A stretch of DNA of 64,000 bases from Macrostomum lignano. Lineage: Eukaryota. Location of the stretch: NCBI GenBank assembly GCA_002269645.1, contig NIVC01000102.1, positions 515,950-579,949 on the forward strand, written 5' to 3'. Below, piece after piece: positions 46,063 through 61,991 of this stretch. Every line of letters starts with the position of its first letter. The first letter of the stretch is position 1. The position numbers and the translations under genes were made by a program. The notes beneath the pieces were generated by a model. It did not search any database, was not told the DNA's origin, and was given only the letters and a program-made list of their open reading frames with translations.

Positions 46063-49000
46063 TGTTGTGTAGCCAAGACTTGAGGTTTCCAGTTGTAGTT
46101 GAAAGTTAAAGTGCCAGGTGCACACAGTTGCTTTATTTATATTTTAGTCACACTAGAAAAAATGCATGATCGATAAATTAAAGAGCTAGATATGTCACAT
46201 GATCAATAATATGTTATACAGATAATTTATCAACTACTCTACTGAAAGTGGCAATAGCTATAAGTACAAGACAAGAATAATATTAATATAGTTAGCATTT
46301 ACATTATACCATACTTATAGTAGAAATACCAGCGTAACAATATTGTTATTAAGTTGACCTGTCAAGTTACAACAATATCTTCCCCCTCTCCAATTGAGAT
46401 CACCAGCCTTAGCACTGCAGAGGACGTCGCAGACGAGTGAACCGTCACAAAGCCGGAGCCAGTGGTCCTTTAGTTAGACCAGGAGTCAATGGTCGAACCT
46501 CTCCTCCTCCATCTTGCATTGCATGCTCTTGGACTCTTGGGGATCAAACTCGCCAGCCGCAGATGCCTCATAGTTTGATCACAGAGATGTCGGCACTAGC
46601 GGTTGCTGGTTCCAGGTGCTGCCGTCCGCCAGTCAACAGGCTGCTCCTGTTGCCTTGACTATCTGCAGCACCGCAGAGTGCCGGCTGCCGAGCTTGCCAG
46701 GTCGTGTTGGCTGCTGGGCTCCACGCTGTTGGTTGGTGTACTCTGCCGTCTCCTGTTGACGCTGCTGAATGCGTTTTGCGATATTAGATTTCGCAGCAGT
46801 GCCGTTCTTGACTGGAGCAAGTAGCAACATGGACGTGCACCAGTGGCGACCCAACATCAGTTCGTCCGGGCTCTTGCCAGTCAGGGCGTGCAGCGTGCTG
46901 CGGTAGCTCTCGAGAAATTGCAGCAGCGCATTCTGCATCGGCACATTGTCGTCTCTAGACGCTCAAATGCTGTCCATCAGGAACCGGTTGAGCCGCTTGG
47001 TTTGGCCATTAGTCCTCTGTACTGGACGATATGGACAAGTCTTCAGGTGTTGGATGCTCTCGCAGGAAACCGGTGAAGGCGTCACCGAACTGGGGTCCAT
47101 TGTCAGTGAGGACCTTCTCGCAGACAGCCTGCGTAGCACCTTACAGACAGTGTCGGTGGTAATGCTTGAAGTCGCGAAGACCTCCGGCCACTTACTGTGC
47201 AAATCCGTGATGACCAGTAGGAATTATAACGATGCTGGCGCTGCCTGCAGTTCACCCACGATGTCGATGGCGATCTCTGTCCACGGCGAGTCTGGCCATG
47301 GCAGGGGCTGCAGCAGAGCCGGTCGCAGCTTGAAAGCTTCTCCGCAGTCTCGCAGTCTCTGACAAACGTCTCGACGTCGGCTTCCATCCTCGGCCACCAG
47401 GCAAACTCACGAAGCTGCTGCTTGGTACGCACCACCCCCGGGTGTCCCGCATACGCGAACTCCAAAAGCTCACCGCGCAGGTCCTGTGGGATGATGGCGC
47501 GGTCTTGGAAGGCCAGGCAGGGGCCGTCTTGCCAGATTCTGAGATGCTCTCGGACTTTTACGCACGGCTGCAACTTGGTGTCCTTGGCCGAACTCCAGTT
47601 GCCGGTGGTAACTCGCTGAATGACTTCGCGCAGTATCGTGTCCTCTGCTGTGCCCGTCGCTAGCCGCTGTGGCGTGATGATTCGGAGTCGAGGCATCGCG
47701 GTGTCCGGCAATTGGACGACGTTCATGTCCGACCTGCAGCTCCACCTGGACAGCATGTCGGCCAACAAGTTGCGACTCCCGGGAGGTAGCGCACATACAT
47801 GCGCAACCCCCCCCCCTGATTTACACTGGCCATGCGACTTACTTTTTGACCAAAAATGCGACTTACCTGTGAAAGAAACCCTAGAGCAACAGTAACGCAA
47901 TTTTGGGTAAACGGCAAGAGTAACTATGACTGTCTTATAAGGGCTAAATGCCTTGTCATCTAATTAGTACTACGTCTGTATTCTTTGGGGTGTGCATTTT
48001 TGCGACTTACCCCTGGTCCACCACAATTTACGGTGGCCAGATCGGCCAGGTCGGCCAGCAGTTGCGCATGTCTGGTAGCGCACATAAAAGTCGTACTGCT
48101 TAAATCGGTCACACCACCGGTGAATGCGCAGCGGCCGATGTCCGGTGTCGCTGGGTCCCAGCAGCAGCTGTCGCAGGGCCTGGTGATCCGTTCGCAGCTC
48201 GAAATGGCGCCCAAACAGGTAGTAGTGCCGCTTTTCCATGGCCCACAGGCTCGCCAGCGCCTCTCGCTCGTTCGCAGAGTAACGTTTCTTGATCTCTATC
48301 AGCGCGCGTGCCGTGAATTCGATCGGCTGTGCGCCCAGGGACTCGGCGCTGGCGTCGCTGGTGACGATTGTTTCGGCATCGGGGTCGAAGTGCGTCAGGA
48401 CCGGCGGATTGCAGATTGCCGTTTTCAGCGCCTGGAAGGCTCGCTCGCATTGAGCTGTCCATTTGAACTCGGCATCGCCCTTGAGCAGAGACCTCAGCAG
48501 CGTCGTGTCCTCGGTAAAGTGGGGCACGAACTACATCAGATAGTTTGCCGATCCAAGGAACACCTGCAGCTCCTTGCTCGTCGGCGCGCGCAGCTCGTTG
48601 AAAGCCTTGGTCTGAGACTTGGACGACCGGATGCCCTCCGCCAAGAAGACGAAGCCGAAAAACTATCTCGGTCTTCCGTAGCTCGCACTTGTCCTTGTTG
48701 GAGGTGAGGCCGGCGTCCTGGTCGCTTCAGCAGAGCTTGCAGCCTCGAGTCATGTTCGTCCTCAGTTGCTCCGAAGACGAAGTCATCCAAGATGTGCTCC
48801 ACTCCTGGCAGATGAGCCACCAGGTCGTCCAGCATCCTCTGGAAGGCCGCCGGAGCAGACGCTAGGTCAAACGGCACCCGGCAGTAACGGTACAAGCCCT
48901 GGTGCGTAATGAAGGTCGTCAGGTCACGTGATGACTCGTGTAGCTGCATCTGCATGTAGCCCACATTGAGGTCGATCTTGGAGAACATGTGGCTGCTGGC

Positions 49001-51000
49001 CGCCTTGATCTTTGCAGAGATCTCGTCCAACTGCGGCATTGGGTGTCGGTCGATGATCAGCGACTTATTTAGTTTGCGCACGTCGATGCACACTCGAATG
49101 CTGCCATTCTTCTTGTTCGCCACGACCAGATTAGAAATCCATGGGCTTGAGTTGACCCGCTGGATGATGCCTGCTGCCTCCAGACGGTCGAGCTCCTCGC
49201 CGACCTATTGCTGATTGGCGAGTGGCAGGCGGCGCAGCGGCTGCTGCACTGGTGGCACGACCGTGTTGATCCTCGGTTGGTGCACCTCTGCAGAGACCGA
49301 TTGATCCGTCGAAGACCGCTGGGCGATGTCCACGTTGGCAATTCCGATGTTAGCATCGTGAGGCTGGAGTCGCACTTGGATACCCAGCTTCTGCATCAGA
49401 TCGCGGCCGACAATATTTTCGCCCGACCTAGTGACGTGAAAGTCGTGTTGCACTTGGCCGTGGTACTTGACGCCGACTGTTGAAAGCCCCGCGACGGCGA
49501 TCTTCTTCCCGCCATAAGCTCATAGCTGCACTGCCGATGGCTTCAGATCGATGTCGCCCAGACTTCTCGCCGTAGCCTCGTTGAGCAGAGAAACTTTGGC
49601 GCCGCAGTCGACCATCAGGCTGACAGTCTTCGAGCAGTTGCCCAGCTGAAGCTCGACTCGGATCTCGTCGCTGCCATGCACGGCAGAGATCATGACTGTC
49701 TCCTCTGCGCTGACTTGGAGTGCTTTGCTGCGGCAGCATCGACTGAAGTGGTTCAATTTCCTGCAACTGTTGCATTTCTTGCCGTGCGGGGGACACTTTG
49801 CCTTAGCCTCGTGGCTCCGACTGCATCGGGTGCAGGAGCTTTTAGCCGGATTGTTGTGATTTAAAAAACTCAATGTACTTGCTCATACTGTAGCTCTCTC
49901 TCTCTCCCTCTGACAACTCTCCCTACCCCTTCCATGCTAGCCACCTATTGTGAGCTATTTTTATAAAGTACTTTGCTTGAATTTGGTGCCACTGCACTAA
50001 ACCTAATCAATTGATGAATTTATTATTGAAGTTGGTTATTTATCCAGCCTTTGCGGTTTTCTCACCCCTGATTATTATTATCCTTCCCCCTCCGTGCCCT
50101 CTCATTGACTGTCGCTGTTATTTGCAATTCTTGTTTTCAACCCCCAGTCGAGTTCTGCGTGGCTGCAGCAAATCCCCGCTCGCTCTCTCTGCCCCACCCC
50201 GCCGTTTCTCTTGCCCTAAAGCTTTTGCCCCACCCCATTTTGTACTGACTAATATTCATTAGCGCGCGCTCCTCCCCCCCCCCCGCTATCCCTTGGTTCG
50301 CTTCTCTTTTGGCTCCTTCGCCGCTCCGGCTAAAACCAATTAGCCGGAGTAAATAGTATACAAAATAGTAAATAGTACACAAACAATATACTCGTACAAT
50401 CGTAGCAATCGTATTTCAACATAGACGCCAAGAGCGCCCAGTGAGCAACCTACGCCACCGTAAGTATCGTTCTGCTTTTGTTATTTGGGGCTCTAGCGCC
50501 ATTAGGTCATCGTCACCAGGGCCTGTGCGTTCGCTGCGACCCTGGTTGCCGGCCTACTGCCTGCGCGTTTGTGCGACAGTGGGTTGGCAAGCAGCAGGAC
50601 TGGGGCTGAGTTTCCCTGCTCGTACAGAGCGCGAGTCGAAGCTGGCTGGTCCGTCTCGGGACACAACAGGATGCTGCGACCTGCTGTCGGGCGGAGCGTT
50701 GCCGGGGCCCTGTCGCCCTGCTGCCTGCCGCACCGTCTGGACGCTCCCAAAGGAGCTGGTGACCGCCATCACCTTGCTGCCTGCCACTGCATCCTCAATT
50801 GTAGATGCGATGACAACTGCTTGCTCTAGCGTCAGCCTGGCGGCGTCCTCCATCAGAAGACGCTCGCAAATTCAGGTGCTGTTGGTCTTCTGGGCAAGCT
50901 GGTCTTGGATCATTTTGTCTGCCAGGCAAAATAAGCCAACATTTACGCTAAATTTCTTGACTGTACCTCAGAAATTTCTGGTGTACATGTCTTTTTCCTG
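46063..51000 (-). mobile_element. Heavily decayed Ty3/Gypsy element; 3' LTR retained, 5' LTR not found
   Basis: LTR 46063-46374 (TGTTGT...ACAACA, AATAAA inside) is preceded on the minus strand by PPT GGAGAGGGGGAAGATAT. Fragments: gag (MEDAARLTLEQAV; CNSCRKLNHFSRCC), PR VDCGA, RT ILDD, RH SDAS and IN, broken by many frameshifts and by insertions at 47794-48074 and ~49890-50420. Confidence 0.85.
47794..48074. mobile_element. hAT MITE, 281 bp, inserted in the RNase H region of the decayed Gypsy
   Basis: 14-bp TIR CA(T/G)ACATGCGCAAC, 8-bp TSD GTAGCGCA (47786-47793 and 48075-48082), and gcgacttac subterminal motifs. Confidence 0.9.
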
Positions 51001-51084
51001 ACTATGGTATTTATCTAATGGCTATTTAGTCCAAATATTAGGGGGTCACTATACACACCGTCAATTACTACAGCTACTGCTATA

Positions 51085-51175
51085 ACCCCATTTTCCCCAT
51101 TTTACAGTTGTGTGAACTGAAGCAATGCAAGAGTTTAATGTCTTGCTTAAGGACACAAATTGTTCCAAGTGGGCT
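51085..51175 (-). mobile_element. Partial CORE-type SINE fragment
   Basis: Matches the central part (gtgtccttRagcaagaca...ctgtaaatggg) of the copies at 57590 and 63243. Confidence 0.6.
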
Positions 51176-51308
51176 AAGAGTACATCAAAAATATTGTGAA
51201 TAATTGATAGGATTATATGGCGTTGATCTATTAATAGCAAAAGCTACTTTTTGATAGAAGTTAACAGACAGTAGACTTTATTAGAAAAACAGAACAGAAC
51301 AGAATTAA

Positions 51309-53838
<2,530 letters not shown>

Positions 53839-54104
53839 TTCACGGTGGGGGGGAGCTGTGATTTTCTCATCAGCTCTGACTGACTGACTCACGACTTTTT
53901 CGTTAACTCGCTTTTTTATACCCGGTTATTGTATTATCAAGTATCAATTAATTAGTCTTGACGCATTATAATTACCGTTTTATTTACCTTTTCAAGTAGT
54001 ATATAAGCGTTACTAAATGATTGTTTAAAAAGTTCAATTGAAAATGTTTTCATTAATATTTAGTAGGTTAATTAAAGTAATTATAACTAAATAATGGCTT
54101 ACGG

Positions 54105-54420
54105 TTATTCCCCCTCCGACATTTCCCCTCTGGTGTTCCCCCTCCGGCATTTCCCCTCCGGTGTTCCCCTCCGGCATTTCCCCTCCGATTTTCTCCTTCC
54201 GGTGTTCCCCTCCGGAATTTCCCCTCCGGTGTTCCCCCTCTGGCATTTACCATCCTGCATTTCCCCTCCGATGTTCCCCCTCCGGTGTTCCCCCTTCGGC
54301 AATTCCCCTCCGGCATTTCCCCTCCGGCATTTCCCCTCTGGCATTCCCCTCTGGCGTTACCCCCCGGCGTTACCCCTCCGGCATTTCCCCTTCGGCATTT
54401 CCCCTCCGGCGTTCCCGGGA
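54105..54420. repeat. Degenerate ~14-bp repeat (ttcccctccggcat)n
   Basis: Directly visible. Confidence 0.85.
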
Positions 54421-55039
54421 GCATAATAAAACAAAGAAAAGTTGGTTCCGCTTTCCAAGATAAACGCCGGAGTGGAAATGCCCGGTAGTCATAAATAATT
54501 AATTATAATTATTATAACTTTAACTATAATTTTCACTCACATTTTGTCTTTTGTCATTTTTCTCTAGACACTAATAGCTTCTCTAACACTATAACACACC
54601 TGTGCTTACCTGACGAATTTGAACTCGTCCGCAAAACCGCAATAATCCTTGAAGTTTAGCTGTGCATTTTTTGTTTTTTGTTCTGATGAAATTATTTTTA
54701 AACTTGCAGCATTTCATTGCAATAGCCGTCTTGTTTGCAATAAGATTGAGACGCGAAATTTTTAGTTGGTTTGTTCAATATTTTTATAGTCTGTTTTTAT
54801 AAAAAATATTTAATGTCAGAAAACCCAGGTGTACTATTTTTTTAACTTTTTAAAACTTAATAACAAAAGTTTACTAAATATAAAACTGCAATGACAGCAT
54901 TACTTACTACGGCTTCTGTTGTGTCTTGCCAAATTTTCATAAGAAAATTTAAAATTCCAATTCTTTGATCCGTTTACTGTTTTTTATAAAATTGCTTAAT
55001 CAGGAACTGATGGAGTAGAGGCAGATTCCGGTGATTCCG

Positions 55040-55662
55040 AAGGACTGAAATAACGGAGAGGCAGATTCTCAAGGACTGAAGTAACGGAGAGGCAGATTCT
55101 CAAGGACTGAAGTAACGGAGAGGCAGATTCTCAAGGACTGAAGTAACGGAGAGGCAGATTCTCAAGTACTGAAGTAACGGAGAGGCAGATTCTCAAGGAC
55201 TGAAGTAACGGAGAGGCAGATTCTCAAGGACTGAAGTAACGGAGAGGCAAATTCTCAAGGACTGAAGTAACGGAGAGGCAAATTCTCAAGGACTGAAGTA
55301 ACGGAGAGGCAGATTCTCAAGGACTGAAGTAACGGAGAGGCAGATTCTCAATGACTGAAGTAACGGAGAGGCAGATTCTCAATGACTGAAGTAACGGAGA
55401 GGCAGATTCTCAATGACTGAAGTAACGGAGAGGCAGATTCTCAATGACTGAAGTAACGGAGAGGCAAATTCTCAAGGACTGAAGTAACGGAGAGGCAGAT
55501 TCTCAAGTACTGAAGTAACGGAGAGGCAGATTCTCAATGACTGAAGTAACGGAGAGGCAGATTCTCAAGGACTGAAGGAAGGGAGAGGCAGATGCTCAAG
55601 GACTGAAGTAACGGAGAGGCAGATTCTCAAGGACTGAAGTAACGGAGAGGCAGATTCTCAAG
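55040..55662. repeat. 31-bp minisatellite (actgaagtaacggagaggcagattctcaagg)n, ~20 copies
   Basis: Directly visible. Confidence 0.95.
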
Positions 55663-55892
55663 GGAGAAAGAGACAAGATAGATTATCAAGGAACTGCAAA
55701 GCACACAGACTAAGCGAAATGAATTTTGGGTAAGCCAGTCTGGATTTGGTCTTCATTTTGTCTATGGTCTACTATATTTAGTCTAAGCTATAGTAGAGAA
55801 CACTAAAAGCCATCAATTTCAAAACGCTAGTTGAGCATAAATCAACTTCTTTCGTTGAGACCGCTGTCTGCTGCACAGTCCATCGCATCGCC

Positions 55893-57123
55893 ATGGTCAA
55901 GGGCTCGAATCGACCAATGGTGAAGATTCTAGACGAGCAGCCGCCTTTGCCGCTGTACCCACTAGAGAGTGGCAGCTCAACAAAGCACCAGCAGCACCAT
56001 CTGCCGCAGAGTGCGTTGCAGCAGCGAAATGTGGCAACTTACTGTCCAGCCCCTGCGCCTCAGCTGGAGCAGCCTGATGGCGCATCAAGTCAGATCTGGT
56101 AATTCTGCAATTTGACTTGTAAAGAATTTTAAGTTAGTTTAGCTTCGCATTAGGTGGATTAGTAAGCCGTAAATAGCCTATCCAAAAGACATACATACGG
56201 TTCATATTGCGAGAAAATGTGCATCATGGTATTGCTGACAATTAATCTTTTTCCAAGACTAAAAACTGGGTTTTCATTCCATTTTCTGTATCAAAGTTGT
56301 ACTTTTTTCCGGAAGGGGGTTTAATTACGGCGCATTTTAATCGACATTGTCACACACAACCGCGAGAGGCATTACTCGAGACATTTCGCTAGCTCCCCTG
56401 GGCAGTCATACGCACAGGCACACACACACAGGAGTGTACAGCAGCCCCAACTTTATTTATGGTTTTGGGGTTGGCCCTTAATTGCCGTTAATTGCACGAT
56501 CAGAGCCAAGCCGAGATGTCAATTTAGCCCCAAATCAACGTGACTGGCAATTGGAATCGAGCCTGGGCCACTGGCGCCATCAAAGCGCCACGCTGGACCA
56601 CTGGGCTACCGCGCCTCCCAGGGTGTCCACATTAATTGATATGAAAAGAAAACCAACTTTTTGAGACGGAACAAAGAAACCTTGTCAAGCACGACAGCTC
56701 CCAAACCAACTCCGCAGCTACAACTCGGTGAACTATTTCACCGACAACCCCGATGCTGTCCCGCGCCGCCTGCTGTCCTGCTGGTGCGGCGAACCGATCC
56801 ACCTGGGCGAGGACTGGCACACCGAGATCTGCGACGGCACAGTGGTGTGCGGCGGCTGCTCCAGCTGCTCCCGGTGCGGCCTGACGGGCCACGCCGCTAA
56901 CAAACGACTGGTGTGCATCGGCGGCTACGTTCTGTGCTACCTGTGCATCCAGCACTACGGAGAGCCGCGCGGCAAAGCCTGGCGACCCAAGGTGGTCGAG
57001 AATTTGGGCAAGCGGAGGGCTCGATGGCTTACGCAAAGAAATACGAGTGCCGAAAGCGACGGTCGCCGGGCCACGACTGACGGTCACAATATCGCGACTA
57101 ATGCTGACAGGCGGATAACGTGA
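55893..57123 (+). CDS. Predicted two-exon Q/P-rich, LIM-like Zn-finger protein, join(55893..56098,56718..57123), 203 aa
   Basis: gccATGG start context. The phase-2 intron TG|gtaatt...actccgcag|C is in frame (612 nt). The Cys/His pattern CWCGEPI...WH..C...C..C..C...GGYVLCYLC resembles a LIM domain. Confidence 0.45.
56315..56446 (-). repeat. Second, inverted copy of the unknown structured element at 9402-9530
   Basis: Contains cacacacaaccgcgagaggcattact...ctcccctgggcag...cacacaggagtgtacagcagcc, the reverse complement of the 9402 blocks. Confidence 0.65.
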
Positions 57124-57589
57124 GTGACAGGCTATTTTAACGTGTCAAAATTCACGATAAGTGTCCAGAAAGTATTGACACTTCGGAAAACTAGTGCTAC
57201 ATCCTATGGTTCCACCTTAAAGTGGTACACAATTCAGCTTTCATTTGACACTCAGGTCAAAAGTTATGGCTGAACATGTATCGCATTGTGGGTGCCAATG
57301 ATGCAGCATTAAATTACATGTAGCTTCTACAGTATGAGCCCCAGGGTCAAACGCTTTCTGGACACCCTTTCGTAGGGTAACAGGTGACGGGACACGATTT
57401 AAAATCAGATTTCAGGCAATGGACGTATTTAAAATTAGCTACATTTAGGCGACAGAACATCACAATCAAAATCAAACTTCGAACCTAGTTTTAGGTGACA
57501 CGGCCCTAAGTTGACACTAGGTTTAAAAATGAGGACGTACTTAAAATGACGAGTAAATTCAACAGGTTTGAGGTGACATAACACTACTA

Positions 57590-57912
57590 ATTAGTAGTTA
57601 ATAATTGATTACTCCTGCGGTCCTGCCCTAATTAGGCCAGATGTGCAGCCGAAAGCTCAGCCGGCAGCTACATGTACATGTATTGCGCGGCGCATCTGAA
57701 GGCTGCGTACGGCTGTTCAGTCCAAAGACTGGGGGGTCGCCACACACACCCTCAATTACCCCAGCTAATGCTGGCACCCATTTTACAGCTGGGTGAACGG
57801 AAGCAATGCAGAGCGAAGTGTCTTGCTCAAGGACACAAATTGTTCCAGTGCCAGATCGGGAATCGAACCCCCGACCTTCAAGAGTCCGACGCTCCAACCA
57901 CTAGGCTGCAAC
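57590..57912 (-). mobile_element. tRNA-derived CORE-type SINE
   Basis: On the minus strand: A box tagtggttgg, B box ggttcgattcc, then a MIR-CORE-like gtgtccttgagcaagacactt...ctgtaaaatggg. Homologous to 63243-63556. Confidence 0.8.
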
Positions 57913-58037
57913 CTTTGTGTCCTAGTCAACATTTGAATTTCGCAAATGCAAAATTTGGTATATTAGTTCCCTGTCTAAAGTAGCTCGTACTTCTAAATGT
58001 TCTGTACCAAATCCGTCGCAGTCCTGACCGGCGCCGA

Positions 58038-58400
58038 GTGCTGCGCTGCCGCGGCCACCCTCGACCAAAGCGGCGCGTCCTGCCGCTTCAGCGGGATGCC
58101 GCAAATCGAATGAACCGCCCAAGCTGTCGGGTGCAGGCCAGCGGCACCAAGCCGCGCGTTGTTCCAGCGAGTAGCGCTGTCTGTGGCAGCAGCTGCTTCC
58201 GCTGCAGCGTCTGCTACTGGCCGCTCAATGTGGGATCAAGGCTGCCAGGGAAGCACTACGTGTTTTGCACCTGCCCGACCCCGGTGCTGTGGTGCAACAG
58301 GCCCGTCTGTCAGCGGAAACGGAAAGAGCATCACGTTGAGTTCAAGTATGCTATTTTGTTCGAGTTTGTGTTCTGTGCTGGTTCACTGGTTCAAGGCTTG
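58038..58400 (+). CDS. Possible second LIM-like Cys/His-rich coding segment
   Basis: CGSSCFRCSVCYWPLNVGSRLPGKHYVFCTC...C...C...HH in a GC-rich open frame. Gene structure is unresolved. Confidence 0.25.
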
Positions 58401-59479
58401 CTTCCTCGCCGTCTAATCATCAGTCATGTACACTTTCTGTGCCTTTGGGGGTTGGCACTCATGGCTGTGAATTATCGAGCAGAAGCCTCAAATAAATGCG
58501 GAATCAAACCAGAGGTCGCGGCGGGAGAGCGAAACTGCATGCTCACATTGTATTTTTTTTTATTCTTGTCGTCCACTCACTAACGTAAGAGAGCACCCCA
58601 ATGGCCCCTTTGCCAGGTGCAAGCCGGAGCCTGTACACTCGGGAGGCCGCGGTCAGGGTGACTCGTTGGATCGCCCGAGAGCCGCAGAGCAGCAGTCTCC
58701 GCATGGAAAGAAGCAGAGCAGCAGCGAGGTACCTGAGACCGAATCAACTGGCAAACATCCAATCCATCAAGCGGCATCTGCCAGTGCTAGCGCGTCAGCT
58801 GCTGGAGTCCGGAAAGCCACCCCAGCTTCAAAGTGTGATTGAACCCTCAGACTGAAGGTGACGGTGGAATTCAAACAGCATCGGATTTTTCTTGTGTGGT
58901 TATGAACTCAAATTCGAACTCATAAAAGTTACCTACATGAACAACAAAGTACGATGCACACTGAAGTATTGTTAAGCACGGAACCTAACCGTATTTAACA
59001 CAGATTTTTGTTAACAATATCCGCGAACCCTGACTGAGCCCTAAAATGAGTGCCCATCAAAGGTAAACAATAAACTGGCAACAAAATATAAAGCTTTCTA
59101 CTTTTTTGTAACAATTGCAATTCAGAAAGTTGTCTTCGGTCAGTGATTTTGTTTATTTAGAGACACGACAATATCTGAAACACCTAAACATTGATGCAGG
59201 TGGCAATTGCCTTCCACACTGAATCCTGGTCTCTCAGGTCCATTTTTCCTTAGTTGCGGTGCAACTATGAATTGAAGGTCTCGTGCGTCGTAGGGAAAAG
59301 TGCAGGGAACCTGATCGCTGTGACGATGGGGATTGACCACACTTAACTCCCTTGACAAACGCGTGGTTTGAAAGTTGATTGAATAAAAATTTATCGCTTA
59401 TCACAAGGAACTTTTTGCAGATTTCGTCTCATAAGATATACAACTGCCATTCAGTCTATAAAAGCAATGCACCAGAAGA

Positions 59480-59880
59480 GACCAGGTGTTCTTCAAATTT
59501 GTTCGTCTGGCAACGGCATGCACCTGTGCGGAGTGAAGTACAGGCTGTACTCTGGCATCGGGACGTGGTGGCCGAGAAGGCAGAAGTGCGAGTCAGAGAG
59601 CAGTCTGGTCATCATAGCCGACGTGACCAGCGAGCAGGAGATGAGCCACGTGAACTCCATCTACTCAAGCTACAGCTCTGGACAATCGATCTGTCTCGGA
59701 GGCCTCTGGGCGGCTGGTACTGGGTCGGCTGCAACACCAGCGTTGACCGAACTCTGTGGAATGATCATCTGCCAATTGATGCTACGGAGAATGTAATTGC
59801 AAAGTATTGGAAGGAGGCCGGTCTGTCTGACCTGCACTAATCATTTGCAAGCGAGACAGTGCAGTGCGAGTGCAACTGAT
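59480..59880 (+). pseudogene. C-type lectin domain pseudogene
   Basis: Paralog of 60874. A 25-nt deletion between gcctc microhomologies causes a frameshift, there is an in-frame TAA, and the 5' part is missing. Confidence 0.85.
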
Positions 59881-60873
59881 TGCGGTCGACAATCCAAAGA
59901 CGGAATGTCAGGCACTTGCGATCTTGTCGAATTTCTTGTCGAATAGGCGAATTTCCTAATTTAGCTGTAATAAAGCTGGATAGTCAACAATATATATATA
60001 TATATATACGGTTATTTGCTCTTTCGAATTTGAAAAACTTAAATTGTTAAAATGGTATTCTTAATTCCTTTACATTTTGGGAAAGACATGAAGTCGAGAA
60101 AAAACTGTAACGCGTGTAACCCTGCAAGGGCTGCTCTGCTCTGCTCTGCCCACCGGATGAATGACACGTACAGTCTCAGAAATGCAGCTGCTGCACTAGC
60201 CCTTTAAAGGTTCTACATCTGGTGCAAGTTAGTCCTACAAAAAAAGTGAATAAAAAAACAGGAAATCAAAATTTTGGATGTAGGCTATCATTCTGCCTGG
60301 ATCTTGGTATCAAACCAGTTAGACTAGTGTATTCATTAGATGCATGCACGCTTTACTTTGAAGCCCATGGCAACTAACATTACTTCAGTTACTTTATACA
60401 GCATTGACAGGAAACAGAATAAGAACTGCTATATGAGCCAAATTGCATCGGTTTTTCGCCTACAATTAGTAAATGCAGCTCATGTTTGAGCGACTTCTAT
60501 CGTCGCAATTCAAACTTAGGCACTTAGGCGAGATCTGCATGAATTTGTAACAGACTCAGTTGTGTGTGCAATCCAGTAATTCTCAGTAAAAAGCCGATAT
60601 CAAATTGACGCTGTCAGCTGTGAAATCAAACCAACGCATTTTGCTTGAAGATGTCTGTCAAGTAAAAAAAAATCGCTGCCTTCTTAAGCCATTTTAAGAC
60701 AGAATATCCCTAGAAAGAAAAAGCTTTTAGCTGTAACTCAACGTATTTAAAGAGGGCTTTTTAGCCCTTGCAAAGATAAAAAATCTGTTGCTATTATAAC
60801 CTCACGCATTCTTTGCTAAAGCAGAGCCTGTAATCTAAAACTCAATTGCTGCTTCAAGGCAGTTAAAGAAACA

Positions 60874-61626
60874 ATGAGCCAGCTGAAAATCGTCTTCACT
60901 ATCGTGCTCATGGTTGTGATGAGTCACGAACTCAAACTCACCACTGCCAGCGAGCAGCAGTTCAGCCTCATTGACGGCAGCCTCTGCATCAATGCCGAGT
61001 TCGTCGAGTTCCACCCAGCCGTGGTCAGAAAGCTGGCCTGCGCCTCTCTGTGCTCCCGGAAGCTGCGCTGTCAGGCGTTCAGCCTGGCTGACGGTCCGTG
61101 CCAGCTGTTCGTGTTCGACAAGTGCAGCAAGTCGGTGAGGAGCTGCGGCTGCTCCAGGAGAGGCCGGGTGTTCGTCAAGCAGCGGCCGGGACTCGAGGCG
61201 GGCGCGCTGTGTCCGTCTGGCTACGGCATGGACCTGTGCGGAGTGAAGTACAGGCTGTACTCTGGTATCGGGACGTGGTGGCCGAGCAGGCGGAAGTGCG
61301 AGTCAGAGAGCGGTCTGGTCATCATGGCCGACGTGACCAGCGCCCAGGAGATGAGGCACGTGGACTCGATCTACTCAACCTACAGCTCTGGACAATCGAT
61401 CTGGCTCGGAGGCCGCCAGACAGAAGGCAGTGCGGAGCCAGCTAGCGGCTGGTACTGGGTCGGCTGCAACACCAGCGTTGGCAACTTCTGGGCCAAGGGA
61501 CAGCCAGACCTAGTCGGTAATGAGAACGTTATCGGAAGGTATAGCTATGTGGATGGACTCTCAGACCTTTTTGAAACGTATGCCACGGATCGAGTGCTGT
61601 GCGAATGCGTGTCTCCGTTTGACTGA
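60874..61626 (+). CDS. Secreted PAN/apple-like plus C-type lectin protein, 250 aa, single exon
   Basis: Hydrophobic signal peptide; CASLCSRKLRCQAFSLADGPCQLF (PAN-like); CTLD with A..CE...LA.V.S..E, IWLGG, WYW, WAKGQPD and terminal VLCEC. Confidence 0.85.
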   Translation: MSQLKIVFTIVLMVVMSHELKLTTASEQQFSLIDGSLCINAEFVEFHPAVVRKLACASLCSRKLRCQAFSLADGPCQLFVFDKCSKSVRSCGCSRRGRVFVKQRPGLEAGALCPSGYGMDLCGVKYRLYSGIGTWWPSRRKCESESGLVIMADVTSAQEMRHVDSIYSTYSSGQSIWLGGRQTEGSAEPASGWYWVGCNTSVGNFWAKGQPDLVGNENVIGRYSYVDGLSDLFETYATDRVLCECVSPFD

Positions 61627-61991
61627 CATCATCTCCTGAGTCAGTCCTAAGAGGCTTATGGATGTTATAAGCTTTTAACAACAGCAATGAGGTTTACTAG
61701 AGAAAGAAACATGCAGTGGACTTTGCCAAAAGACTTCAGTGTTTTATTAGTTTTTAACCAGCATCTCCAGTTTTTTATTGTCTGCAGGTAATTTTTTCGT
61801 TTGTTCTCGAACACGAATGACAAATAGTCTGCTAAGCATCTTTATTCTATGCGTTTTCTTCAGAGCCTTTGGATTCGAAAATAAGTGTGGAGTTCCTTGA
61901 TCTAGACCAGAGGTCGGCAAATTTTTTACCTCAAGAGAACCTAGCGCATGGCTGCGGGACAGAGTAGGGGAGAGAGGAGAGGGTAGGAGAG

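Noticed and set aside
49889-50421. Possible solo LTR (TG...CA, 533 bp) interrupting gag of the third Gypsy
   Set aside because: Flanks catac and tagac do not give a TSD and there is no second copy in the window. Kept only as an unexplained insertion.
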